Source: Polynucleobacter sp. (GTDB lineage: Bacteria > Pseudomonadota > Gammaproteobacteria > Burkholderiales > Burkholderiaceae). Taken from it: 53,678 bases of DNA. Where the stretch lies: NCBI GenBank assembly GCA_023254115.1, contig JALQYK010000003.1:1-53678 (forward strand), written 5' to 3'. The notes under the pieces were generated by a model. That model was not told where the DNA came from, made no database searches, and saw only the letters and a list, made by a program, of their open reading frames with translations. The position numbers were made by a program, and so were the translations under genes. This document shows, piece after piece, positions 41,854 to 53,678 of the stretch. Positions within the stretch are counted from its first letter, which is position 1. Each line of letters opens with the position of its first letter.

Positions 41854-42642
41854 ATGGAAATTGATTTATTTAACTGGGGGACCCTACTCATTCTTTTTGC
41901 GGCTGGGTGCGCGGGCTTTATTGATGCAGCCGTTGGCGGGGGTGGGCTCATTCAGGTGCCAGCTTTATTTTCCGCCTTGCCCCAATCGATGCCCGCCACC
42001 TTGCTCGGCACCAATAAATTAGCATCGATTGGTGGAACGCTAATTGCTGCTAAAAAGTATTTAAAATCAGTTAAATTACCTTATTTCATTTTAATTCCGT
42101 GTATTGTCGCCGCATTTGTTGGCTCCTTTGGCGGTGCATATGTGGTGCGCACCATTGCCTCTGGACAGTTTAGGGCTGCTTTGCCAGTTGTTTTGTTAGC
42201 GTTATTTATTTATACCTTGCTGAGGCCCTCAATTGGATTAACCCATGCGCCACCAGATCTTGGGGTAAAAAAACTTTTTCAGGCGATTGCAATGGGCGGG
42301 GTTATCGGCTTTTATGACGGTTTTTTTGGGCCTGGCACTGGGAGCTTTTTGTTGATGGGTTTTATTCGGATATTCGGATTTGATTTCTTGCACGCTTCTG
42401 CCGCTAGCAAGTTGGTAAATGCGGCAACAAATTTTGCTGCCATCATTCTATTTGGCGCGTTTGGCCACATAGCGGTCTTTTTGGGCTTGACCATGATGCT
42501 CGCCAATATGGTTGGTGGTTATGCTGGGTCGCATTTCGCTTTGCGTTATGGCAACGGTTATATACGGGCATTATTTATGTTTGTGGTTGCGTTGCTGATT
42601 CTTAAAACTAGTTTTGACGCTTTTGGCGCCCTTAAGTTATAG
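41854..42642 (+). CDS. TSUP (TauE/SafE, YfcA-like) transporter
   Basis: GFIDAAVGGGG, LGTNK, GFYDGFFGPGTG. Confidence 0.9.
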   Translation: MEIDLFNWGTLLILFAAGCAGFIDAAVGGGGLIQVPALFSALPQSMPATLLGTNKLASIGGTLIAAKKYLKSVKLPYFILIPCIVAAFVGSFGGAYVVRTIASGQFRAALPVVLLALFIYTLLRPSIGLTHAPPDLGVKKLFQAIAMGGVIGFYDGFFGPGTGSFLLMGFIRIFGFDFLHASAASKLVNAATNFAAIILFGAFGHIAVFLGLTMMLANMVGGYAGSHFALRYGNGYIRALFMFVVALLILKTSFDAFGALKL

Positions 42643-42651
42643 CTTGTTAGT

Positions 42652-42667
42652 TGTTTCACGTGAAACA
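42652..42667. promoter_or_regulatory. parS centromere site
   Basis: Consensus TGTTTCACGTGAAACA within 20-bp palindrome, upstream of mnmG-rsmG-parAB. Confidence 0.93.
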
Positions 42668-42736
42668 ACCAGACTTTAATGATTGAGGGCTTTTGCTTTG
42701 GGTGATATCATCGCCGCCCTAGCTTGGTGATTTTCT

Positions 42737-44656
42737 ATGGACTTTTCAGTTAAATTTGATGTGATCGTAATTGGTGGTGGGCACGCTGGCTCGGAAGCTG
42801 CTTTGGCGGCTGCCAGAATGGGTTGCCGTACCCTATTATTGACGCACAGCATAGAAACCCTGGGTGCGATGAGCTGTAATCCTTCAATTGGCGGCATCGG
42901 TAAGGGCCACCTGGTTAAAGAAATTGATGCCTTGGGTGGTGCCATGGCAGAGGTAACAGATTTGGCTGGAATACAGTTCAGAATGTTGAATTCCAGCAAG
43001 GGCCCTGCCGTAAGAGCGACTCGCGCACAGGCTGACCGTGCCTTATATAAAACTGCTATGCGCAGTAAGCTAGAGAACCAAAAGAATTTGACAATATTTC
43101 AAGCTGCTATAGATGATTTAATTGTCAATGGTGATGAGGTTTGTGGCGCTATAACCCAGTTGGGGTTGAGCTTTTACGCCTCAAAGGTTGTTTTAACTGC
43201 CGGAACCTTTTTGGACGGTAAAATTCACGTAGGATTGGATAACCATTCAGGCGGGCGCGCTGGGGATCCGGCGGCTATTAGGTTGTCTAGTAGGCTTAAA
43301 GAATTAAAGCTACCCCAAGGTAGGCTAAAAACAGGCACCCCGCCTAGAGTTGACGGGCGCACGATTAATTTTTCCGTAATGCAGGAGCAGCCCGGAGATT
43401 TGGATCCGCTACCTGTTTTTTCATATTTGGGCCGTCCAGAGTTCCATCCGAAGCAACTGCCCTGCTGGATTACGCATACAAACCAAAAAACGCATGACAT
43501 TATTCGTGGCGGCTTAGATCGCTCCCCAATGTATACAGGGGTTATTGAGGGCGTTGGGCCGAGATATTGCCCATCGATTGAGGACAAAATTCATCGCTTC
43601 TCAAGTAAAGATAGCCACCAAATTTTTTTAGAGCCTGAGGGCTTAACAACCCATGAGTTTTATCCGAATGGCATTTCAACAAGCTTGCCATTTGATGTTC
43701 AGTGGGATTTGGTCAGAAGTATTCGTGGCTTAGAAAACGCGATGATTGTTCGCCCTGGATATGCTATTGAGTATGACTACTTTGATCCGCGAGGCCTTAT
43801 GCCAAGCTTAGAAACTAAAGGAATCAAGGGGTTATTTTTTGCAGGACAAATTAACGGCACTACCGGCTATGAGGAGGCGGCAGCACAAGGCCTATTGGCC
43901 GGCATCAATGCAGCGCTGAGTGCCCAAGGCAAGGAAAGTTGGTATCCAAAGCGTGACCAAGCTTATTTGGGGGTGTTGGTTGACGATTTAATTACCAAAG
44001 GTGTTCAAGAGCCCTATCGAATGTTTACCAGTCGTGCAGAATATCGTTTAAGCCTTCGAGAAGACAATGCCGACGATCGTTTGACAGAAATTGGGCGAAC
44101 CTTGGGGCTTGTTGATGATCGCCGATGGGAGTTTTTCTGCCGTAAAAAAGAGGCTGTTTCACGTGAAACACAGCGGCTTAAATCAACTTGGGTGAGTCCA
44201 AAGCTGATTAGCCCTCAGGAATCAGAGCTTTTACTTGGGCAGGTCATCACACACGAGTACTCTTTGGCTGAGTTATTAAAACGACCTGGGATAACCTATG
44301 AAACACTCACCACGGCATTTGAGGGCCGGTGGGCTGCCGAGCCACTTGATCAAGATGTTGTTTTAAGGGATCAAATTGCCGAACAGGTTGAAATAGGCGT
44401 TAAATATCAAGGATATATTGATAGGCAGGCGGCTGAGATTGCCCGCCATACATTTCATGAGGAAATGGTTTTGCCAAGCGATATTGATTACGCCAGCGTC
44501 CTTGGCTTGTCAAAAGAGGTGCAACAAAAGCTCAATTTACACAAACCAAGTACCTTGGGCCAGGCTTCAAGGGTGTCTGGAGTTACACCGGCGGCGATTT
44601 CCTTGTTGTTAATCCACCTTAAAAAAGGATTGGGTCGTCGCCCAATGGCGCATTAA
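42737..44656 (+). CDS. mnmG: tRNA modification enzyme MnmG (GidA)
   Basis: [38 protein letters not shown]. Confidence 0.98.
   Translation: MDFSVKFDVIVIGGGHAGSEAALAAARMGCRTLLLTHSIETLGAMSCNPSIGGIGKGHLVKEIDALGGAMAEVTDLAGIQFRMLNSSKGPAVRATRAQADRALYKTAMRSKLENQKNLTIFQAAIDDLIVNGDEVCGAITQLGLSFYASKVVLTAGTFLDGKIHVGLDNHSGGRAGDPAAIRLSSRLKELKLPQGRLKTGTPPRVDGRTINFSVMQEQPGDLDPLPVFSYLGRPEFHPKQLPCWITHTNQKTHDIIRGGLDRSPMYTGVIEGVGPRYCPSIEDKIHRFSSKDSHQIFLEPEGLTTHEFYPNGISTSLPFDVQWDLVRSIRGLENAMIVRPGYAIEYDYFDPRGLMPSLETKGIKGLFFAGQINGTTGYEEAAAQGLLAGINAALSAQGKESWYPKRDQAYLGVLVDDLITKGVQEPYRMFTSRAEYRLSLREDNADDRLTEIGRTLGLVDDRRWEFFCRKKEAVSRETQRLKSTWVSPKLISPQESELLLGQVITHEYSLAELLKRPGITYETLTTAFEGRWAAEPLDQDVVLRDQIAEQVEIGVKYQGYIDRQAAEIARHTFHEEMVLPSDIDYASVLGLSKEVQQKLNLHKPSTLGQASRVSGVTPAAISLLLIHLKKGLGRRPMAH
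44155..44170. promoter_or_regulatory. parS site inside mnmG
   Basis: Exact TGTTTCACGTGAAACA encoding VSRET. Confidence 0.9.
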
Positions 44657-45351
44657 TGTCAGATGACCCAACAAAAAAAGCCCTTCTAATAGACCTGCAG
44701 GCTGGTATACAAAAACTAAATATTGATGTTAACCAGCAGCAGGCAGAGGCATTAATAGATTATTTGCTAGAGTTTCAGCGTTGGAACAAGACGCATAATT
44801 TATCGGCTATTCATGATCTTAAGGACTCCTTAGTTTTACATTTGTTGGACTCCTTATCGGTCTTGGGATATCTAGATGCATATGTTGCAGGCATTGATGA
44901 CCCATCTTCATTCAGTTTGGCTGATTTAGGTACTGGTGGTGGTTTGCCAGGCATCCCTTTAGCTATTTGTCGCCCTAATTGGGAGTTGCATCTGATGGAG
45001 GCGGTGCAAAAGAAAGCAGTATTTTTGCAACACATTGTTAACAAGCTGTCATTGGCAAATGTTAAGGTGCATGCAGCCAGAATTGAGATCAGCTCACCAG
45101 CTCTTCAAAATCAGATAAGTTGTTGTATTTCAAGAGCTTTTTCTGATTTCGGCAAGTTTTTGACCTTGTCTGCACCAATGTTAAAAGAAGGTGGCTTGGT
45201 TTGGGCGATGAAGGCGAAGTTGTTGGAGGATGATCTGAAAACTATTCCCCCAGATTGGGAAATTAAGAAAAATTACCTCTTAAGCGTACCTGGTTTAACA
45301 GCAGAAAGAAGGCTATTCGAGTTGGGTCGCGTGAGAGAATTGAGTGCTTGA
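44656..45351 (+). CDS. rsmG: 16S rRNA m7G527 methyltransferase
   Basis: WNKTHNL, HLLDSL, DLGTGGGLPG, SRAF. Confidence 0.95.
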   Translation: MSDDPTKKALLIDLQAGIQKLNIDVNQQQAEALIDYLLEFQRWNKTHNLSAIHDLKDSLVLHLLDSLSVLGYLDAYVAGIDDPSSFSLADLGTGGGLPGIPLAICRPNWELHLMEAVQKKAVFLQHIVNKLSLANVKVHAARIEISSPALQNQISCCISRAFSDFGKFLTLSAPMLKEGGLVWAMKAKLLEDDLKTIPPDWEIKKNYLLSVPGLTAERRLFELGRVRELSA

Positions 45352-45375
45352 GTTAATAATTAAATAAAGATTTTC

Positions 45376-46146
45376 ATGGCAAAGATTTTTTGTGTAGCAA
45401 ATCAAAAGGGTGGCGTAGGAAAAACCACAACTACGGTTAACTTAGCTGCCAGTTTGGCCGCTCAGAACCAGCGCGTCTTGGTGGTAGATCTTGATCCTCA
45501 AGGTAACGCCAGCATGGGCTCGGGCATAGATAAAATGGGCTTAGAGCAAAGTGTCTATCACGTTTTAATCGGAATGTCTGATGTTGCTAGCACTAGAATT
45601 AAATCAGAAACGGGCGGTTATGACGTATTGCCGGCTAACAGGGATTTAGCTGGTGCAGAAGTTGAGTTAGTTGAGTTTGAGCAGCGTGAGGAATTATTAA
45701 AAAATGCGCTGTCACCAGTGTTGGCAGATTATGACTTTGTCTTGATAGATTGCCCCCCTGCCTTATCGCTTTTAACTTTGAATGGTCTATGTGCAGCTAA
45801 TGGCGTAATCGTGCCCATGCAGTGCGAGTATTTTGCATTAGAGGGCTTGTCTGACTTGGTTAATACAATTAAGCAAGTTCACGCTAATTTGAATCCAAGC
45901 CTGACTATTATTGGCTTGTTGCGGGTTATGTTTGACCCAAGAACAACCTTGCAACAACAGGTCTCAGACCAATTAATGGCACATTTTGGAGACAAGGTTT
46001 TCAATACGATTATTCCAAGAAACGTTAGATTGGCTGAGGCCCCCTCTTATGGAATGCCAGGTGTAAATTTTGATAAGAGTTCGCGTGGTGCGCAAGCTTA
46101 TATGCAATTTGGCGCTGAAATGATTCAGCGCATTAAAACTATGTAA
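45376..46146 (+). CDS. parA: Chromosome partitioning ATPase
   Basis: NQKGGVGKTT, DLDPQGN, DCPP, RLAEAPS. Confidence 0.96.
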   Translation: MAKIFCVANQKGGVGKTTTTVNLAASLAAQNQRVLVVDLDPQGNASMGSGIDKMGLEQSVYHVLIGMSDVASTRIKSETGGYDVLPANRDLAGAEVELVEFEQREELLKNALSPVLADYDFVLIDCPPALSLLTLNGLCAANGVIVPMQCEYFALEGLSDLVNTIKQVHANLNPSLTIIGLLRVMFDPRTTLQQQVSDQLMAHFGDKVFNTIIPRNVRLAEAPSYGMPGVNFDKSSRGAQAYMQFGAEMIQRIKTM

Positions 46147-46155
46147 TGGAAAAAA

Positions 46156-47022
46156 ATGACTGCAATTAAGAAAAAAGGTGTGGGTAGAGGCTTAGAGGCG
46201 TTGTTAGGTGCAAACGATAAGCCTGCGACGTCAAACCAAGGCGTTGCAATGCTTAAGTTGGGGCAATTGCAGGCTGGCAAGTATCAGCCTCGTAAAAACA
46301 TGGTTGATGGACCCCTGCAAGAGCTTGCGCAAAGTATTAAAGAACAAGGGGTTATGCAACCGTTGTTGGTTAGACCCATTTCAGGCGGTAAGTATGAAAT
46401 TATCGCTGGTGAACGCCGTTATCGCGCAGCCACAATAGCTGGTTTAGCCGAGGTGCCAGTGCTTATTAAGCAGGCTGATGATCAGACGACCGCAGCAATG
46501 GCGTTGATTGAAAACATCCAACGTGAAGACCTAAATGCCATAGAGGAGGCAAATGGTCTTTTAAGGTTGATAGATGAGTTTGGTTATACCCATGACAAAG
46601 CTGCGCAGGCTGTAGGAAAGTCCCGCAGCGCCGTTACGAATCTTTTGCGTTTAGTTCAGTTGGCTAAGCCTGTTCAGGCAATGCTTATCAAAGGCGAGAT
46701 TGATATGGGCCATGCCCGCGCCCTTCTGCCGCTAGAGGGCGCTCAGCAAGTTAGTTTGGCCCAAAAAATTGCCATTCAGCAGTTATCGGTCCGCGATGCC
46801 GAAAAATTGGCAACCCAATTTGTTTTAGCGAAAAAGTCTCCCAGCAAAGCTAAGCAGCCTCTAAAAGTAGACCCGGACTTGAAAATGATCCAGGACAAAC
46901 TTTCTGATCAGATTAATTTGGCTGTAGAAATTAAGCAAAAACGTCGTGGCGGTGAAATATGTATCAAATTTAGTCAATTTGATGAATTAGATGGTTTATT
47001 CAAGCGTTTAGGCATTGAATAG
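46156..47022 (+). CDS. parB: Chromosome partitioning protein
   Basis: YQPR, IAGERRYRA, ENIQRED. Confidence 0.96.
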   Translation: MTAIKKKGVGRGLEALLGANDKPATSNQGVAMLKLGQLQAGKYQPRKNMVDGPLQELAQSIKEQGVMQPLLVRPISGGKYEIIAGERRYRAATIAGLAEVPVLIKQADDQTTAAMALIENIQREDLNAIEEANGLLRLIDEFGYTHDKAAQAVGKSRSAVTNLLRLVQLAKPVQAMLIKGEIDMGHARALLPLEGAQQVSLAQKIAIQQLSVRDAEKLATQFVLAKKSPSKAKQPLKVDPDLKMIQDKLSDQINLAVEIKQKRRGGEICIKFSQFDELDGLFKRLGIE

Positions 47023-47033
47023 CGCTAATCTTT

Positions 47034-47594
47034 ATGAATTACATTGACCCCAAGCCTGTAGATTCTGTAAAATCTGCGGGCTTTATGTCTGGAGATCAGC
47101 AAAAAGCTCAAGCTGTTAGAAATGCTAATTGGGACAGTGACTTAGAGGTCTTGGAGGAAATTCCACCACCCCTGAGTAAGGCTGAATTAGAGGCTCTTTT
47201 GGGCCCAGATGCCCTAAAACCTAGCAAGATAACAGTTAAGCGCTTATTGCTCCTTCAGGGTTTGGTGACATTCCTCTCGTGGGCAGCTTGGTCAGCAAAG
47301 GGTAAGCCGTTTGGCTTAGACTCTGCCGCCATATCTGCATTGTTAGGTGGTTTGGCAGCAATAGTTCCGGCAACGCTATTTGCAATGCGTGCAAAGGTAC
47401 TAAGCGGTAAAGCAAATGTTATGGGCGCCTCGGTTTTTGCGCTGATAACAGGAGAATTAATAAAGATCATTGCCACCGTAGCAATGTTCGTTTTGATAAT
47501 AGTTTTGTATCCAAAGTTGGATTGGTTACCGCTGTTATTGACTTATGTGCTGGCGCTAAAGTGTTATTGGTTAGCCTGGATACTAAGAAAATGA
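47034..47594 (+). CDS. atpI: ATP synthase protein I (start may be 47085)
   Basis: Four-TM protein with SALLGG and GELIK motifs upstream of atpB. Confidence 0.8.
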   Translation: MNYIDPKPVDSVKSAGFMSGDQQKAQAVRNANWDSDLEVLEEIPPPLSKAELEALLGPDALKPSKITVKRLLLLQGLVTFLSWAAWSAKGKPFGLDSAAISALLGGLAAIVPATLFAMRAKVLSGKANVMGASVFALITGELIKIIATVAMFVLIIVLYPKLDWLPLLLTYVLALKCYWLAWILRK

Positions 47595-47620
47595 TGGCAT
47601 ACAAGGATAGAGGGAAGTAA

Positions 47621-48487
<867 letters not shown>

Positions 48488-48498
48488 TTTTTTATTAA

Positions 48499-48789
<291 letters not shown>

Positions 48790-48804
48790 TTAGCGTAGTT
48801 ATTG

Positions 48805-48827
48805 ACGGGCGCAATTTGAGCGCCCGT
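48805..48827 (+). promoter_or_regulatory. Intercistronic stem-loop after atpE
   Basis: ACGGGCGC-AATTTGA-GCGCCCGT. Confidence 0.55.
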
Positions 48828-48861
48828 GGATATTTGTCATCGTGACCGAAAGGAACTAAAC

Positions 48862-49332
48862 GTGAACCTAAACGCGACGCTATTCGCGCAGATGGTCGTC
48901 TTTTTTATTTTATGGTGGGTAGTTGCTAAATTTGTTTGGCCTCCACTAGTAAAAGCATTGGACGAGCGAGCCACAAAAGTGGCAGATGGTTTAGCAGCCG
49001 CAGAGCGCGGTAAGGCTGATCTTGAGTCTGCAAAAAAACGCGCTGAGCAAGCATTATCAGAAGCACGTAACGAAGGTACTCAGCGTATTGCTGATGCAGA
49101 GAAGCGCGCTCAACAATCAGCGGAAGAAATCAAAGCAAACGCACAAGCTGAAGCTGCTCGCATTATTGCGCAGGCTAAAGCAGAAGCAGAGCAACAAGTA
49201 TCTCGTGCAAGAGATGCGCTTAGAACTGAAGTGGCTACATTAGCTGTTAAGGGTGCTGAGCAAATTTTGCGTCGTGAAGTAGACGCTAAAGTGCACGCTA
49301 GCTTGTTAGATCAGTTAAAGGCAGAGCTCTAA
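48862..49332 (+). CDS. atpF: ATP synthase subunit b (GTG start)
   Basis: NLNATL, KFVWPPL; AAGGA RBS before 48862. Confidence 0.95.
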   Translation: MNLNATLFAQMVVFFILWWVVAKFVWPPLVKALDERATKVADGLAAAERGKADLESAKKRAEQALSEARNEGTQRIADAEKRAQQSAEEIKANAQAEAARIIAQAKAEAEQQVSRARDALRTEVATLAVKGAEQILRREVDAKVHASLLDQLKAEL

Positions 49333-49333
49333 T

Positions 49334-49870
49334 ATGGCAGATTTAGCCACCATAGCCCGCCCTTACGCTGAGGCACTTTTCCGTAGTGCAAAGCCTGCAG
49401 ATTTATCTGCATGGGCAGAGCAGTTGGAAGAGTTGGCTCAGGTTGCTGGTAATGCAGATTTGTTAGCCGTAGCTAATAATCCAAAGTTGTCTTCAGCAGA
49501 TTTGCTACAAATTTTATTGAGTAGCATCAAAGCTAAGCCGTCAGACGTGGTTAAAAATTTCGTTGAAGTGTTGACTCAAAACCATCGTCTATTAGCTTTG
49601 CCAGAAATCTCTGCGCAATTTACAGCTTTGAAGAATGCTCAAGAAGGTGCTGCAGAAGTTCTGATCACAAGCGCATTCCCGCTAAAGGGCGAAGAATTGA
49701 ATGCATTGTTATCAACATTGAAGAAGCGCTTTGGTGGAAAAGAGCTACGTCCTACAGTTACTGTAGACCCAGAATTGATTGGCGGTGTTTGTGTACAAGT
49801 GGGTGATGAAGTTTTAGATACTTCAGTGAAAGCCCGCTTAGTTTCAATGCAAGCCGCTCTTAGCGCATAA
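49334..49870 (+). CDS. atpH: ATP synthase subunit delta
   Basis: [19 protein letters not shown]. Confidence 0.95.
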   Translation: MADLATIARPYAEALFRSAKPADLSAWAEQLEELAQVAGNADLLAVANNPKLSSADLLQILLSSIKAKPSDVVKNFVEVLTQNHRLLALPEISAQFTALKNAQEGAAEVLITSAFPLKGEELNALLSTLKKRFGGKELRPTVTVDPELIGGVCVQVGDEVLDTSVKARLVSMQAALSA

Positions 49871-49896
49871 CCGAATAAGATCCCAGGAGTAAGCAA

Positions 49897-51438
49897 ATGC
49901 AACTCAACCCATCAGAGATCAGTGAACTGATCAAGAGCCGAATTAGCGGTGTAGGCGTTGGCGCCGAAGTCCGTAATCAAGGCACAGTAATTTCCGTAAC
50001 AGACGGTATTTGCCGCGTACATGGCCTATCAGGCGTTATGCAAGGTGAAATGCTTGAGTTCCCAAATAACACATTAGGTCTTGCGCTTAACTTAGAGCGC
50101 GATTCTGTTGGTGCTGTTATTTTGGGTGAATATGAGCACATTAGTGAAGGCGACCCAGTTAAATGTACAGGCCGCATTCTTGAGGTTCCAGTTGGTCCAG
50201 AATTGTTGGGTCGCGTTGTTAATGCATTGGGTCAGCCGATTGATGGCAAAGGTCCAATCAATGCTAAGTTAACTGACGTTATCGAAAAAGTTGCGCCAGG
50301 CGTTATTGATCGTCAATCAGTTAGCCAACCAGTACAAACTGGTTTGAAATCTATTGATGCGATGGTACCTATTGGTCGTGGCCAACGTGAGTTGATCATT
50401 GGCGACCGTCAAACAGGTAAAACAGCTGTAGCGGTTGACGCGATCATTAACCAAAAAGGTAAAGGTGTATATTGCGTTTACGTTGCGATCGGTCAAAAAG
50501 CTTCAACAATTGCAAACGTATTGCGCAAGTTGGAAGAGCACGGCGCGATGGAGTACACGGTGATTGTTGCTGCTTCTGCTTCTGAATCTGCAGCGATGCA
50601 ATATTTGTCAGCATATGCTGGTTGCACAATGGGCGAATACTTCCGCGATCGCGGTGAAGATGCGTTAATTGTTTATGATGACTTAACAAAACAAGCTTGG
50701 GCATATCGCCAAGTTTCATTGTTGTTACGTCGCCCACCAGGACGTGAAGCTTATCCTGGCGACGTATTCTATTTGCACTCACGTTTGCTGGAGCGCGCTG
50801 CTCGTGTTAACGAAACGTATGTTGAGAAGTTCACTAATGGTGCCGTTAAAGGTAAAACAGGTTCATTGACAGCGTTGCCTGTTATTGAGACTCAAGCTGG
50901 TGACGTTTCTGCATTCGTTCCAACAAACGTGATTTCTATTACTGACGGCCAAATCTTCTTGGAAACAGACTTGTTTAACGCGGGTGTTCGCCCAGCGATT
51001 AACGCGGGTATTTCTGTTTCACGTGTGGGTGGTGCAGCTCAGACTAAAGTTATTAAGAAGTTGTCAGGCGGTATTCGTACTGACTTGGCGCAGTATCGTG
51101 AATTGGCTGCATTTGCGCAGTTTGCTTCTGATTTGGATGAGGCAACACGTAAACAGCTAGAGCGCGGTCGTCGTGTTACTGAATTGTTGAAGCAAGCTCA
51201 ATACCAACCACAACAAGTTTGGCAATTGGCAGCTTCATTGTTCGCAGCTAATAATGGCTTCTTGGACGATTTGGATGTGAAACATGTATTGGCCTTCGAA
51301 AAAGGTTTGCATGACCATCTTAAGAGCAAGTTTGCTGCTTTAGTTGGCCGTATTGAAGATACTAAGGATCTCTCGAAAGAAGACGAAGCCGCATTGCGTG
51401 CTGCAATCGAGGACTTTAAACGTTCAGCTTCTTTCTAA
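49897..51438 (+). CDS. atpA: ATP synthase subunit alpha
   Basis: [20 protein letters not shown]. Confidence 0.98.
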   Translation: MQLNPSEISELIKSRISGVGVGAEVRNQGTVISVTDGICRVHGLSGVMQGEMLEFPNNTLGLALNLERDSVGAVILGEYEHISEGDPVKCTGRILEVPVGPELLGRVVNALGQPIDGKGPINAKLTDVIEKVAPGVIDRQSVSQPVQTGLKSIDAMVPIGRGQRELIIGDRQTGKTAVAVDAIINQKGKGVYCVYVAIGQKASTIANVLRKLEEHGAMEYTVIVAASASESAAMQYLSAYAGCTMGEYFRDRGEDALIVYDDLTKQAWAYRQVSLLLRRPPGREAYPGDVFYLHSRLLERAARVNETYVEKFTNGAVKGKTGSLTALPVIETQAGDVSAFVPTNVISITDGQIFLETDLFNAGVRPAINAGISVSRVGGAAQTKVIKKLSGGIRTDLAQYRELAAFAQFASDLDEATRKQLERGRRVTELLKQAQYQPQQVWQLAASLFAANNGFLDDLDVKHVLAFEKGLHDHLKSKFAALVGRIEDTKDLSKEDEAALRAAIEDFKRSASF

Positions 51439-51456
51439 GAAGCGAGGAGAGCCGAG

Positions 51457-52332
51457 ATGGCCGGAACAAAAGAGATACGGACAAAGATCAAGAGCGTACA
51501 AAATACGCGCAAGATCACTAAGGCGATGGAAATGGTCGCCGCATCTAAGATGCGGCGTGCCCAAGAGCGCATGCGCAATGCCCGTCCTTACTCTGAAAAA
51601 GTAAGGAACATTGCTGCCAATTTGGGTAAAGCTAATCCAGAGTACCGCCCTGCTTATTTAGTAGAACGTGAAGTTAAAAAAGCGGGTGTGATTGTTGTAA
51701 CAACTGACAAGGGTCTATGCGGTGGTTTAAATACCAACGTATTGAGAGCTTTGACAAACACAATGAAAGACCTTGATGGTCAAGGTGTTGAGTTGTCATG
51801 TACAGCGATCGGTATGAAGGGCTTCCAGTTCTTAAATCGAATTAAAGCGAAGCTTGTTTCTCATGTAACTCAAATGGGAGACACGCCTCACCTAGAGAAA
51901 CTCATTGGTGCTATCAAAGTTCAATTGGATGCATATGAGAATGGTGAAGTGGATGCTGTTTATTTGGCATACACAAAGTTCATCAACACAATGAGACAAG
52001 AGCCAGTGGTTGAAAAACTATTGCCTTTGTCAGGTGAGCGCTTAGAACAAACAGCTGAAGAGTCTCGTGAGTATGGTTGGGATTACTTGTATGAACCAGA
52101 TCCTCAGTCAGTTGTTGACGAATTGTTGAAACGTTATGTTGAAGCATTGATTTACCAAGCAGTTGCAGAAAATATGGCATCTGAGCAATCTGCTCGTATG
52201 GTTGCCATGAAGGCTGCTTCTGATAATGCGAAAAACGTGATTGGTGAGTTGCAGTTGGTTTACAACAAAACACGTCAAGCAGCCATTACCAAAGAGTTGT
52301 CCGAGATCGTCGGCGGCGCTGCGGCAGTTTGA
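51457..52332 (+). CDS. atpG: ATP synthase subunit gamma
   Basis: [21 protein letters not shown]. Confidence 0.97.
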   Translation: MAGTKEIRTKIKSVQNTRKITKAMEMVAASKMRRAQERMRNARPYSEKVRNIAANLGKANPEYRPAYLVEREVKKAGVIVVTTDKGLCGGLNTNVLRALTNTMKDLDGQGVELSCTAIGMKGFQFLNRIKAKLVSHVTQMGDTPHLEKLIGAIKVQLDAYENGEVDAVYLAYTKFINTMRQEPVVEKLLPLSGERLEQTAEESREYGWDYLYEPDPQSVVDELLKRYVEALIYQAVAENMASEQSARMVAMKAASDNAKNVIGELQLVYNKTRQAAITKELSEIVGGAAAV

Positions 52333-52347
52333 TAACGAATATTGTAA

Positions 52348-53678
<1,331 letters not shown>

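Noticed and set aside
51015-51030. Third parS in atpA
   Set aside because: Only TGTTTCACGTG matches; explained by conserved SVSRVG codons

Overview
Betaproteobacterial chromosome segment (Burkholderiaceae, most likely Polynucleobacter; inferred from gene order, protein style and moderate AT richness) with three parts. (1) 1-14340 is a genomic island that runs off the left edge and is anchored on the 3' end of tRNA-Phe(GAA) (14341-14416, minus). Its left part is a mobility core: two tyrosine recombinases, a DUF6641-like gene, a possible DUF6499/DUF2285 (FseA-like) activator, a clamp-loader-like AAA+ ATPase and a heavily structured non-coding stretch. Its right part is a tandem array of three integrase-free cassettes (0.9, 0.7 and 2.6 kb) carrying surface/membrane genes, each closed by a copy of the tRNA 3' end plus a conserved flanking arm and a terminator. 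A 17-bp palindrome TGTCGTTTTAAACGACA recurs seven times in the island, often abutting stop codons. (2) 14467-53061 is core genome around the replication origin: ntrYX-like pair, rsmB, htpX, fmt, def, dprA, topB, pckG, mnmE, yidC, rnpA, rpmH, oriC/dnaA/dnaN/gyrB, parS, mnmG, rsmG, parAB and the atp operon. (3) From about 53050 atpD is joined in frame to a high-GC cysG/cobA fragment and a DUF2849-like gene, almost certainly an assembly chimera. All calls were made by eye without database searches.
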